Origin: Felis catus
Lineage: Eukaryota
DNA: 64,000 nt
Assembly: GCF_018350175.1 (NCBI RefSeq)
Contig: NC_058368.1
Span: 226,860,001-226,924,000, forward strand
Reading direction: 5' to 3'
Shown: positions 51,210 through 63,860 of the stretch, in pieces
Numbering within the stretch: the stretch's first letter is position 1
How the letters are laid out: every line of letters starts with the position of its first letter
The notes under the pieces: generated by a model
What the model was told of the DNA's origin: nothing
The model's database searches: none
Seen by the model: only the letters and a program-made list of their open reading frames with translations
Made by a program: the position numbers and the translations under genes

Positions 51210-51961
51210 CTGGTTTACTTTTGATATTTTATAGTTGAACTGTGGAATAACTTGATTTTGGATTTTCCATGTTTTGATGGAACTCTTATTTTAGGTAAAT
51301 GTATATTTGATGGGGTTCTTATTTTAGATAAATGTATATCCTGTATTGCCATGTCGTGAAGTTGAGAGGGCCTATGATTTTACAGCAAAACATTCAAAAG
51401 AATCATAGAGAAAATGTAGGCGTGTTTTGTCCTGTAAAAACCCTGTCAAGTAAAAGTCCTATGAATGGAAGTGAAAAGACAGTACTCATGAAAATATTTG
51501 GGCTGAAATACTTACAGACTTCCACGTGGAAAAAGTGAAAATTGATCACTCATACTTTTACAACTTGGCCGGAATTACCAGATATCTTAACACACGACAG
51601 GAGAGAGTCCTTAAACTAACGATATTAAGGTCTGCAGAAAGCTGTCAATTGAATGTGTCAAGAGTTATATATTTAGTAATGGTAAAATATAGCTGTAAAG
51701 AAGATGGTAAGCAATGTTATGGAAAAAACACTGTATACACCGTAGGTTACCTAATGACAGTAAATTATATTCAAAAAGAAGACTGTATTGAAACGTAAAA
51801 TGCTTTAGAAAAATACCATTAACGTGGTACTATAAAGAGAAGTCTGAAAAACCTGATTGAGGGATGGAAATGGATTCCAGGACTGGCTACACTACTCATG
51901 TTTCTTTAAGTCTTCAGATGACCAATATAAAATTTCCTTTTAATATAATGCACATGGTTCT

Positions 51962-52129
51962 GGAGGCACTTGGGTGGCTCAGTAAGTTCAGTGTCCAACT
52001 TCAGCTCAGGTCATGATCTCACAGTTCATGGGTTTGAGCCCCGCGTCGGGGTCTGTGCTGATAGCTCAGAGCCTGGAGCCTGCTTCAAACTCTGTCTTTG
52101 TCTCTCTCTGCCCCTCTCCTGCTCATGCT

Positions 52130-52163
<34 letters not shown>

Positions 52164-52195
52164 AAATAAATAAACATTTTTAAAAATGTTTAAAA
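51962..52195 (+). mobile_element. Can-SINE
   Basis: Perfect TSD aatgcacatggttct. Confidence 0.96.
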
Positions 52196-52259
52196 AATGC
52201 ACATGGTTCTAGGTTACTTTTTTCTTTCAATAATTTTATTTTAAAAATTGGTTTTGTAA

Positions 52260-52579
52260 AGAACACAGGGGAAGAAAAGAAATAGACAATCCAAGAAAGA
52301 GACATTTGAACTATAGAGAACAAATTAATGGTTGCCAGAAGGGAGTTGAATGTGGGGGTGACGGGGGAAGTGTGAAACAAGGGATAGGAAGTAAAGAGTA
52401 TACGTATTTTAATGCAGTTATTCTATATTTTAATACATTGGGAGGGTTTTTTTTAGTTCTTTTTTTTTTTTAAGTAGGCTCCACATCCAACATGGCCCTC
52501 AAATTCATGACCATGAAGTTAAGACTCACATGCTCTACTACCTGAGCCAGCCAGCCATCCCAAGACTACACTTATTTTG
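52260..52579 (+). mobile_element. Short carnivore L1 3'UTR piece carrying an inserted antisense short SINE
   Basis: aactatagagaacaaattaatggttgccagaagggag (L1 3'UTR). Outer TSD aaaaa(t/a)tggttttgtaa at 52243-52259 / 52580-52596. Confidence 0.75.
52411..52561 (-). mobile_element. Short tRNA-derived old carnivore SINE
   Basis: T tail, then aagtaggctccac...catgctctactacctgagccagccag; TSD aagagtatacgtatttt / aagactacacttatttt. Confidence 0.8.
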
Positions 52580-53017
52580 AAAAAATGGTTTTGTAAGCAT
52601 GGCCACCAATATAAGAAAATCAACTGGTAGCTCAATAAATAAATACCTCAAAAAGTTGTGATAGAAATTATTTTAGCACCCCCTAGTACTCACATAGTGC
52701 CTCTGTTTGTTTGGTGAGTTGTGTGACCACAGTTAGTAATTAGAAATTGTAATTTCTGATTTTTTTTTTAAATTAGCGACCAAGTTCTGTTGATTGGAAT
52801 TGGTGTGATACACACGTATTTCATAATTACACCCAAATAAGCTGTGATATCCTATCAGTCAAAAGGGAAGCTTAAATTGACAAAATGCCTACTTTATATT
52901 TTACAGTTGGAACGATTAAACCACCAGGATTTTTCCATTCTATTAAAAAAAAAAAAATTCCAAATCTTTTCCTCTTCCTAATTTCAGACTTCCTTTTCAC
53001 CTGGATCAACCCTCGGC

Positions 53018-53192
53018 CTCTGGTTCTTGAGTTTGGAAGGCATGGTGACCACGTGCCATTTTGGCAAGAAGGCCAATTCCTTGGGCCTTCTGTTCAGGAA
53101 GTTTGGGCTGGAACCTAGAAATCTGCATTTCCCGTGGTCCCCTCAGATGTAGTTCTAGCATAAGAGGACAAGGGACCACAGTTTGAAGAGCT
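53018..53192. mobile_element. MER5-like hAT MITE
   Basis: tggttcttgagttt...gggctggaacctagaaatctgcattt...gggaccacagtttgaag. Confidence 0.6.
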
Positions 53193-55039
53193 GGTTCAAA
53201 TTCTGACTCCACGTGCTGCAGAGCGATTCTTGCAAAATCAAGGCGGCACCTCATTGCCTGCTGGATTTAGTCCGCCATACTTAGTGTTGTGTATAAGAAA
53301 CTTCGACGAGGTGGCTAATGGCTGGCTCTCTCTCTGCCTCCTCTGCACCTGTGTTCAGCCTCCATCTGCCGGCCTGTGCGGCGCAGCGAAGGCCTGTTTG
53401 CATCTATGCTGTGCGTGCATCCGGTCCACCTGGGGTATAGCAGCGCTCAGCAAGCTCCCAAGGCTGTCTTCTGTTCTGAAAACCCCTTCGAAGTCCCTGA
53501 CTGCTCTGCCTGAACATCGCTTGCCCGATGTGGGCCCGTTGGCTTGCCACCAAGCTGCCCCTTTACCTGGCAATATTCCACGTTAGGTGAACCCCTTCCC
53601 GCGGGGACGGTGAAGTTGGTGGGTTTCTGGCTGCTCTGCCTGCCCTCGATGCACTACCACGCTGGAGAACTGGGGAGTTAGCAACCGTCCCGAGGATGAG
53701 GCCAGAGACTCGCAGAGTTCTTGATCAAGTTGCAGTTGTTTTCCCGAGTGAATCCTTCTCAATTTGTTGCATGCTTTCGATCAGGTTCTAGAGTGCGAAA
53801 AACCGGTGGTTGTGACCATTTTGCACGGCGCTAAAGCTGCTTTGGGGGAGAGGGTTTACACCGCCAGAGTCCGAACCATGCCCATTGGCAGAGTCAGAAC
53901 CACCCCGATGGACTCTTCGGAACAGCTTTCACACACACACGTACACGTACCCACACCCTACGCTCCTGTGTGTATGACTATGCCATACTCTTGTTCACCA
54001 GGGAAATACGTGTTTAGAATTGGTTTCCCCAGTTAGAAGGGATGGGCCACACAGGAACATTCCACCGTCTTCTCCTTGGGACCACCAGAACTCACTGCAC
54101 GGCGGCTGACCCGAGGGAGAAGCATTGTCCCACTAGGCGTCTCATTTTCTAGTACAAAAGTCAAAGGCGCCTTATCCCTCTATCTCATTTTAATCAGTGA
54201 CACGTTCTAAATGCTTGAGGTAAACAGTGCCTCCAGCTCACGTAGGAGTCCAAGGGCATCGAAACTGGGCCCACTCGAAGTGTAACGGAACCCACTGCAA
54301 CACAGCTAGAGCCTCCAGAGTGCTTTAGAAATATTTTTTCCCTCCAGAAATTTTCATGAGCTCCCACTGAAAATATTCGGAGAAATTTCAACAGCAACAA
54401 CAACAACAACAAAAGATAAAGGACTGTTTAGCTATAAAGTATTCAAGTCGTTCTCATGTGCTGTCTAAGCTGATGTGATTCGCTCATGAGAATAACTCCA
54501 AACCCTCACCAGCACATAACAGGCTTTCTACATAGGTCTAGTTGGAAAGAGAAAGAAAAACTACATACAGCTGTTCCAAGGCCGGGAAATGCTGTGCGGC
54601 CCTGACAGCAGCTGTTTGCATGCCAAATAGTTCCAGCAATTTCTAATTAAATCCAGCCCTGGAGAAATTTTACGAGCCGCATCACGTGACTTCTGTCGGT
54701 CTCTGGGATGCTTTCTCTTCCCTGTTTTGAAAGCCCGCCCAGCAAAGTCTGCCTATTTTCCTCATCTTCAAGGACTAATTAATCCAGAAGAGAAATACCA
54801 TTTTCTTCTCTGAGGTTACACCCACAAGAGTCAACCACCAGTGCTGAGAATTCCCAACCTCTTCACGCTAAGGAATGAGCACTGGGGTGAAAGTTTCTGG
54901 TGAACCCCCTTTCCTGTCGCTCCTCTATAGGCTCTCCACATCGGCTAAAGGAAGGGCGGGCACATCTGCGCTTCCTTTTCGACTTTCGTTCGTGACTCTC
55001 TAAGAACCCTAAGTTAATTATAGCAATACATTGGTGTAA

Positions 55040-55250
55040 CACTTTGTAAAGCTTTTTCATGCATATTATCTTATTCATAACTTAAAACAGCCATGTGAAA
55101 TAGGCCGGGTGCAAACGAGCACCTCCATGTTACAAATGAAAACACGGAGGCTCTCAGAGACTGAATGATTCCTGTTAAATGTTAAGGTCATAGCCGGCCA
55201 TTGTCCGAAAAGAACCGGGCAGTAGTTTCTAGCCCCAAGGCCTTTGCTTC
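55040..55250 (-). mobile_element. MIR
   Basis: ccatgttacaaatgaaaacacggaggctctcagaga...aaggtcatagc. Confidence 0.7.
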
Positions 55251-55894
55251 TCCCACTTGGCCCACCGCCTCCCTCACCTCATCAGCTGGACGGGCCTGTC
55301 AATCTGTTCCCAAATTCAAAAGTGCCATTTTGCCCAAGAGCGTTTATTTATTTGGCAGGAAGATTGTCTATGTTTCTGGTAACCTGTATGATTACAATTA
55401 CATGTTTTCATCTCTCAACAGAAATGCGACACCTAGATTAACTCTACAAGAGGCTGGCGGAAGTGGAAGCATGAGACAGATCTGAGTATTCATTGGTGAA
55501 CAGTAAATATACTTACAATTACATATCATTGCCTGAATTGGACAGCATATTTATCTCTCTGGGACACGATTCCCAGAAATCAACCATAATGTGCATTTGC
55601 AAGATCCCTGAGGCCAAAGACTAAAACGAATTTATTTCACACCGAACTGAAAATCTTGCTATGCATGAGACTTCCATTAAGGTCAACAAAAATAGCATCC
55701 TCTGGCCTTTTGACACGTTTGTTCTATTAATGCCTGTTTCCATGTGATACCACATTCTTAGACTATTGGTAAATGTTCGAAGTTTCTGCGAACATTTTGT
55801 CCCATTATTAATGAGATCAACCAGCACGAAGCTGTGTAATGGAACCAAATTTGATAGAAGTACTTGACTGCCACCATTGGTTGTTTTCTGAGTT

Positions 55895-56290
55895 TATTAG
55901 TGAGAGTAATAATGCTAGCTGTTGCAACAGATAAACCCCAAAGCTGTGACATGATGCAAAAATGTCTATTTCTCATTCACCAAATGTGTGGTGGAGGTTG
56001 AGCAGCTCTGGTTGGTTGGTTCTGGGAATTGTACCCCAGGGATATGAAAATCTCGTACAATGCAGGCAAGAATACTTAATTTCAAGTATACTTAGTATTC
56101 ACTAATGCATTTAGTTGAACTGCTCTCATATGATTGTTTTAAGCAACAGACTTGGAAATAGCAAACGTCACTCCCACGCACATTACATTGGCCAGGCCCA
56201 TAGCCCCAACCCCACGCTAAGAGATTTGGAGGAATGTCTTTCTGTATTCATGTGAAAAGGCAATGTTATGGGAAACACAAATCATCACGT
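55895..56290 (-). mobile_element. MaLR LTR (MLT1K-like), fragmented
   Basis: gctagctgttgcaacagataaaccccaaa...tcactcccacgcacattacattggcca. Confidence 0.5.
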
Positions 56291-57987
56291 CTGCCCCTAT
56301 TAATAGATAAATTTTGCAACAAAGCTTTCTACGCAAACAGATCATTCCAGAAGTACCAAATATCTGTTTTGGAGAAATAATTTAAGAATAGGAACTTTAT
56401 GATCCTATCAGCAAGTAAGACTACTAATTTAGAGGTGTTTCTCTGTTGAAGACTCACTCTGAAAGCATCAAATGCTCCTAGTTGCAAGGACTGGGGGGAG
56501 AGAGAAGACTTACAAGGCCGGAGGGTGTATTGAGAAGCAGAGACTGAGCTGAGAGGGATTTAGCAATCCAGACCTGTCATTTCAATTTCATAATCCAATA
56601 AAGGTTTTCTGCTGAAGATTTTGTGTATGCAAGTGTGTGTGCGGGTGTGTAATTATCTCTACTATTTCTGCTGACCAGGGGAACCTATAACATATAATTC
56701 AGATGGCTACCTTGGAATCACAATTGTCTAGGGGACTCTGCATTCCCACAAATGACTCATCTCTGACATCATCCAAATGCATTAAATAGTCCAGGAAACT
56801 CTATCCCTTCTAGTGTTGTTCATGCTCTTTTGTAAAATAGTGACAGAGGATACACTCATGTTCCTACAGCATATGCAGTTCTATATCTTTCAGTGCTTTT
56901 CTCAGGATTGAGCAGGAAAATTTATGAGCATGATAATGCCTGATTATTCTTGTCTTTTGATCCATTTCGATGCTTTTCCTTAGAGTCTATGCAGTCATCA
57001 GTCTGTAGACATTAGAATCCATGGTCCAATGCATTTGGTTTCTCCAATGCCTAGAAAGTCAAGCTGCACAGGTCAGTTCCAGACCTTCTACAGTTGAATT
57101 ATTTTGTATTTTTTTATTCTTAAAGAAAACACAGTCAGGCTTAGACATCCATATCCTGCCCTGTGTTATTCTTATTTCTGTAACAAAACTGAGACCTAAA
57201 ATAGTTTTGCTAACCTCCCAGAACACATCTAAGGGAGAAGTATGGATAAAACATGGGACATTGAATTCCCAGTCATACATATTATTCTGTTTTGCAGGTT
57301 GGCAGCTTAACTTTGCAATTTTGGGTGCACTGCACTCTTTAGGAATACAGTATGCATCTAGATTTTGAAGTAAATTAAATGAGGCCCTTCAGTTCTCAAC
57401 AGCTCTGTTCACATGTTTACTCTACATATTTCTTTCCCCAAGAGTGGGACAATGCAAGTGAACCTAACAGAAACAGGATTTTAGTTTCTTATAAAGCAGA
57501 GTCCAAACCATGTTGACACAGACAATATCAAATTTTCTCTCATCTCCAAAAGGTTTCATATTCTGGGGCATGTAAGCATGTCAAGACCCAATTTTCTGCC
57601 AATACCAGAGGGTTGTACATTTCATGTTCGAAGTACAGTGAGTTCACCATGAAGACAGTGCAGTGTACCCCTAGAAATTTTGAATTTATCACAGACAAAA
57701 CGAAAGTGGCCGCTAAAGTGGGTAGCTGTATCTGTTTCCCTCCTCTCCAAAAGTATCTAGTTTGGCTGAGAAAAATATACATTAGAAACCAAAAACTCTG
57801 TTAGGTCGTTTAAACACTCCTCATGTATTTTCCCATACTTTAAAGGTTATTGTATATTTTAAAGAAATAAGAGAAGTCTAGCAAGCAGCAGAAAGAAAAA
57901 TAGATATCCAAATTTCTTTTTCATGTTTGTTCAGTTTGATTTAGAATAGATTAAGGATTAGCACAATTATATAAATACAGGGTAGGG

Positions 57988-58272
57988 CAGTGTTTTCTAA
58001 GCCATTTGTACGGAACACTTAATACCATTCGAAATAGATCTCATGGTCAAAAATAAATGGAAATGCTTGAATAAAGGACATGGAACAGATTTCTTTTAAT
58101 GAAGGACTTTTCAGAGCTTTTAATAAACTAATATACATTGAGATTCTCCTAGATGTATGGTCTCCCAACGCTGTGTTTCCTAAACTTACTTGGCCACCAT
58201 AAACTTCTTTTGACAGATCTCTATTAACGTCTCAAGTCATATTCGTGCTCCACAGACTGGAGTTTGGGAAGT
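57988..58272. mobile_element. hAT-Charlie MITE (MER102/103/112-like)
   Basis: cagtgttttctaag...ggaacact...atggtcaaaataa...ttttcagagcttttaata...tgtttcctaaacttacttggcca...tttgggaa. Confidence 0.55.
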
Positions 58273-60449
58273 TACAATGGGAAGGAACTCCAGTCCCCTT
58301 TTGGATTTTCTAGGAAATATATCCTTGCTACGCCTATGCAACAAGTGTTGTGGGACTTCAGCAGCTAAGTGGAAAAAATCAGAACCAATCAGTTCAATGT
58401 GGAAAAGCAAGTCAACGTAACAGAAATTTACTGAAGTTACTGCAATGTGGTGTCAGTGCATCTAAAGGTTAAGCACTTCATTATGAAAATAACTTAATGG
58501 AAGCAAAACCGAACTTGAAAAAGTAACAAAATGGTCCTATGCAAGCTAATGTCTCTCAGACACACCTCCCGCTTATTCATTTTACAAACAATTTAAGAGT
58601 CTTCAGTATAAGTCAAGCATCGGTCAAGCAAGGGTAAAGCAATGAGCAGACACCTGAAATCCCACCTGCACAAAGGTTTTGGAGATCCTTGGTAGTATGA
58701 TCCGGGCATTATTTTCCTGTTGATATATTTCCGGTTGATAAATTTCAGTCCTACTTGAGGTTTACCCCAATAGAGAGGCAATGATAATTACCCGCAATAA
58801 TACCAGAAGTATGTTAAAACTGAACATTTCCTACTAAAAAGCTGCAGATATAATTTGATATGCAGATGATTAAATACTCTATTGTTAGATCTTTTTAAAT
58901 ATCAATGAGGTGCTGTCGTAAGCAATCATTGCAGTTAGAGCCAAAAATGACATTTATATCTCAAGTTTCTGTTGAGTTTACAAGACAACGCTTTGTAGGT
59001 TTCCTCTAGACACTTTCCATCCCAAGAAACTGGGAGGCAATTATGTTTAGGAAATGTCACAATATTCCCCCCACACCATAAAGGAACTGCATTACTATAC
59101 TATCTCCAGGCAGAGTCGGGCATTTTCCAAACAAAACATGAGCTAATCTAAAAGTCTTTACTCAATATGGAAACTTGCCATGTTTTCCAGGCTTGCCAGG
59201 CTAAAGATGGGGCCAAGAAGATTATAACATTAATGGAATGGAACTTACTTGTGTAATATAGGAAACTGGAAACTGCCATCCTTTTCATCAAGTCTAAGGG
59301 TGGGGTACAGTGGGAAAAAAAAAGGATGAAGTTGGACTGAGCGCTCTTGGTTACTTTCTAATTTGTCCATCCTACACTTCAAGCTTTGGTACCCAGGAAT
59401 GGAGGAGGAGCAAAGTGTAGCGGTGGGAAGATGAGAAGATGCCCGGAGGCGTGTGGAGTGGGTAGCATGTGCCAGAGTGCCTGGGCACGCCCGTGCCAGG
59501 GCAAGATGGAGACGGAAAAGAGAAGCACTCTTAGAAGATGAAAGATGACGTTGACGTTCTTCTTACCTTCGCTCCTGTCTTCATTTGCAGTGAAAACTAA
59601 GTCAGACAGCTCATAGTCTATTGACCCCTGACCATGTGACCCCTGACCCCTTTCTATGTGTTTGCCTTACCGGTTCAGTGACCGATGCTTCCTTGACCAA
59701 ACTCACATGACATCTGTTTTCTGTTACAGGACCTCTACTATTTCCAGGGCTTTACTCTCCTCTCTCATTGGTAGAGGTTGCAGCCTAGTGGTTCTTGGGC
59801 CAATCCTGGCATGCAGATGGTGTTTTTGTTGGGCTTGGCTTTTCTCTCCCCCCTTAAATGTAGACCAAAATAAAATTCAGGATATTTCACATAAAGTCCA
59901 AGCTTCTGGCTTCTTTTGAAGAACTGGAACGTGTCACAATCCTGGCCTCAATATTTCTATAAGGTACAACCTGCTGGGGCTGAGGAGGCTGAGAGCTCCA
60001 ACTCCATCTAAATCCCACCACTGATGTAACAACTGCAGATGTGCTCAAGGCAGGCCAGCTTCATTCATGTAAACCACCTGCCTGACCCCCGGAGGCAGTG
60101 ACCACTCATCTCAGTGAAAAACTGAAACTCAGCATATACAGATGACCTAATCAAGATAATTCCTCCACCCTGCTGACGTAGGTTCTCTTCAAAGCTCATC
60201 CAGCTAGCATGCTCTGGTCCTGTGTCCCCAGCGGTCTTCTGGACCTCTTATCCATCAAGTATTTCTCCTCTCCTGCTTGTTCACCATTTTCCTCTGCATA
60301 GATTCTCTCCTATCCATCCCCATGGAAAACTGTTTTTACCATCACAAAGGAAAAGTAAAGCACAATCCTTTACACTTTGTCTCACTCAAGCTATTTCCCT
60401 TGTCTTTACAGCAAAAAAAGAAAAAAGAATCCTGCAAGAAAAAGTGTTC

Positions 60450-62170
60450 CTTGTTCTTTGCAATTCTTTATCCACCATTCACTTTTCAAATGACTGCGAT
60501 CTAGCCCCAGCAGACCTTGGAAACTGTTTGCGTTCACATCACTATCAGCCTCCTGTCTCCCAACCTGACAGTTTTCATTCCTCACGGTATTAGCATTGCT
60601 GCAGTCTTCGCCACTGATGACTACTGACTCTCTCTCTTGAAATTCTTCTTCCCTCGATTCCATAGCAGGACAGTCTCTGTGCTTTTATTCTCGTCCTGAA
60701 ACTCTCATTGTCCAAGTTCGTTGAAGATTGAAAACATTTTTCATTTTTTTTTTTTGAACATAAAATGTTAAGCGTTTGGTAGCCCTCAAATATTATATCC
60801 CTAATTCTTTCAATACCCCTCTGAGTCAGACCCAATTGCACCACGCCCATATTTCAGATGATAAAATGTCCTTAAATACGGTGAATATGTTTTACAGGTT
60901 CATTCATCTGACAGAAGCAGAGTTGGACCTCAAATCCTGGTCTTTCTTGCAGTAAACCCAGCATGCTCTTAAGCACTGCTGTATAATCTCCTCTTTCTGA
61001 AGCTTCTAGATGATTCCCAGCTTCACACTTCAATGCTCTCCTCATTTTCCATGGTTCCATATGCAATTCCCGTGATGCCCATGGGTTTGCCAATCTCTTT
61101 CGTGTTCACGTTCTCAGATAATAGGCCTCTCTTTCAGGCTTTCCCTCCAATAATTGAATTCATTTATTAGCCCCCATGTTCTATATTTACTTTCATCTTA
61201 ACATTTACAATGGTTTCATTCAACTTTTATATGGCAATTTTCTTAAGAGGCAATAACTTCCTTGAGGAAACTATGTGTTAGCATCTTATATCCCCTCTGC
61301 CCAACCCGGTTCCTGGTCCATAGGTGTTTAATGAGTGAATGAAACAGCTATCTACACATCTCTACTTAGAACAACCATAGTCCCCTCTTCTACCTTGTCT
61401 ATATTTCCAACTCAGTATGTCTCAATCATTACTCTTGACTCCTCCAACTCTGACACCGTCTCCTCAATTTTCTTAGAGCATGCTACTAACCCCCACCCAC
61501 TCGTCTTAAGCCAAAACTCTGAATATCAATCAGTTTCTTCTCTTCCTCTTTATAATTAATCAAAATATTTAGTTAATTTTCCTCCTAAATGTATTTCCAC
61601 CCCACCCACCCACTCCCCCAGACATATTTATGGGATAGGTTCTATCATCCCCTGTAGGACAATTGCAATGGCCTGTGTGCTGGCTTCTCACCTTCTTCCA
61701 GTTCATTCTGTACAATATAATAAGATCATTCACTTTCTCTCTTTTTTGGTGCATTCTGTTCTTTACCTTCCTCAAAGTTTTTCAACGTTCTTTACATCCT
61801 ACACAACAAAATGTGCCTCCTTAATTAAGCATGTAAGGCTCTTTATGATCTGGCCTTTGCTTACTCATCCACCCGTCCATCACACCTGTCCTAATATACT
61901 GAGTTAGGCAATTCTGAACTAACAGTAGTTCTTGGTTGTTCCCCTCCTCAAAATTCCCTCACGTATCTTATCCTTCTAGAAGATGTTATATGTTTTTAAA
62001 AGTCTCAGTTCAGGGTTGCATTCTCTGAGCAGCTCCTCGTATTTTCTGACACAGATTTAGATCTCCTTATAACTGGTCTCTCACTTGGGTGTATACAGTT
62101 CCATTTTGGTGATGATCACATTAAAAAGTGATGATTTCTTTGCCCACTTCTCCATGAGATTGGTAGAATG
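60450..62170 (-). mobile_element. Degraded L2 fragments with MIR pieces
   Basis: L2-like pyrimidine-rich runs, e.g. tctctctcttgaaattcttctt, cttccagttcattctgtaca, aaggctctttatgatctggcct. Confidence 0.5.
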
Positions 62171-62658
62171 CTGAATGTTAATTTTCTGTAAGTATGTGCA
62201 GTTTTATGGTGAACTTATTCTCATCAATTCTTACAATAATTATGCGGTGTGGGTAGTGATGTTCCCTTTGTTGTTTGGAGAGATAATAACATTGATGAGA
62301 TTCATAGAAGCAAGCACTGGAATCCAGATCTTGTGGTCCTTAATCTGATACACTTTTCGTGACATAACACCACATTTGAAGCAGGACGCAGTGAGACTAG
62401 CATTGTATCTTAAACATTGAGCGTTAAGAGCTAAGTACACTAGAGTACATTAGATATAGTGGAGAATTTATTTATAGCTACTTTTGCCCATACAAAGAGT
62501 AGTCCACAGTGTAAGTTTATTAATTGACAGTATACATTCCATTGTATGTAATTAAAACTGTGTGATGATTGCCAAGTAAATGGCATTGTAACTTGAGAAC
62601 AGAAAGTAACCACATTGAACCCTTATTGAATCAATCTTGAGTTCTCTCTTCATTGTAA

Positions 62659-62660
<2 letters not shown>

Positions 62661-62697
<37 letters not shown>
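62661..62697. repeat. (AT)n microsatellite
   Basis: About 18 perfect AT units. Confidence 0.97.
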
Positions 62698-62700
<3 letters not shown>

Positions 62701-63408
62701 GGCATGATTAAAATATAGAGCAAAGGAAACAGAGATTTCACTCAAAAACACACCTTTTCAGTTAATCTGTACATGCCCTCATTGAATTTTGTCTTGTTTG
62801 CTTTTATTATGATTGGGTGTTTTTCCTTAGCCCATGTTTCCTTCTCTCCAAGGCTTTATTTTTTTTTCATAAGGACAAGATGGGTCATGACTATTTAGAA
62901 TTTAAATATGTTAGTTTTCTCTACTGGAAAGGCTGAAAATACTCAACTCTTCATGGCTACTTATAGAAACAACCATGTAACATAGTTCTGGACTATTGCA
63001 TGTTCATAGACGTCAGCAGAGGGAATTTCCGAGAAGGATTTAAAAAGGAAAAGACTTAGTAGCTATGGCCCATTTTGCCTCTTTATCTTTTTCTTCCTTC
63101 CCCCTTTTGCTGTTTGCCTTAGAGACGCAATGCCCTGAGGTACAGCTGCCATCTCACAACAGTGAAAACAAATGCTTCTTACAATGACGGTAAAGCAAAA
63201 GGTAGAAGGGGCCTCAGCTCTCGGTGCCATGTAAACAGCTACGCCCACTCCGAATTGATCTAAGATGTGTCATCGTGTGAGATGATAAGCCCCCTGCTGT
63301 TTAAGCCACCAAGTTGGTTTTCTGTCCTTGCAGAGAAGGTCATTCCTGATACAAATGTTCTTACTCAAGAAGTACTCTTCATCTTTGCAATTAGATAGGA
63401 GAGGGTGT

Positions 63409-63632
63409 GGGGCGCCTGGGTGGCACAGTCGGTTAAGCCTCCGACTTCAGCCAGGTCACGATCTCGCGGTCCGTGAGTTCGAGCCCCGCGTCGGGCTCTG
63501 GGCTGATGGCTCAGAGCCTGGAGCCTGTTTCCCATTCTGTGTCTCCCTCTCTCTCTGCCCCTCCCCCGTTCATGCTCTGTCTCTCTCTGTCCCAGAAATA
63601 AATAAAACGTTGAAAAAAAAGAAAAAAAAAAA
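63409..63632 (+). mobile_element. Young felid SINE (SINEC_Fc-like)
   Basis: Diagnostic cagccaggtcacgatctcgcggtccgtgag; long A tail; perfect TSD agataggagagggtg. Confidence 0.97.
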
Positions 63633-63749
63633 AGATAGGAGAGGGTGGATTTCAGGACTCACCACCAAGGCATCCACTTTATACTGCTCTGAAAAAATAA
63701 AAGCAGTAGAACTAGAAGAACCCAGAGAATCACTGAAACCACTTTATCT

Positions 63750-63860
63750 TAAAATTAGGAGATGAGAACCCAGAGTGGCTTAGGAATTTGTTCAAGGTCA
63801 CCCTGCTGTTGAGCTTGACTGAGGCTCCTGGTGTCCTGAATCCCACCCTGGATGCTTCCC
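63750..63860 (-). mobile_element. MIR fragment
   Basis: agatgagaacccagagtggcttaggaatttgttcaaggtcac...tcctgaatccc. Confidence 0.6.

Noticed and set aside
51505..51645. Minus-strand exon-like segment between ctttctgcag and gtaagta
   Set aside because: All three frames contain stops; no supporting neighbouring exons.
59460..59510. p53-like half sites (gggcacgccc, gggcaagatg)
   Set aside because: Core or flank mismatches and a spacer between half sites; too weak to call.
707..63632. Dispersed ~200-bp repeats considered as a CRISPR-like array or tRNA genes
   Set aside because: Irregular spacing, both orientations, A tails and individual TSDs identify them as tRNA-derived SINEs; no complete tRNA cloverleaf was seen.
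549..63765. Recurring 60-145 aa ORFs sharing motifs like WVAQSVKRPTSAQVMIS, SGSVLTAQSLEPASDSVS or ERERER
   Set aside because: They are translations of Can-SINE copies and their (CT)n tracts, not a protein family.
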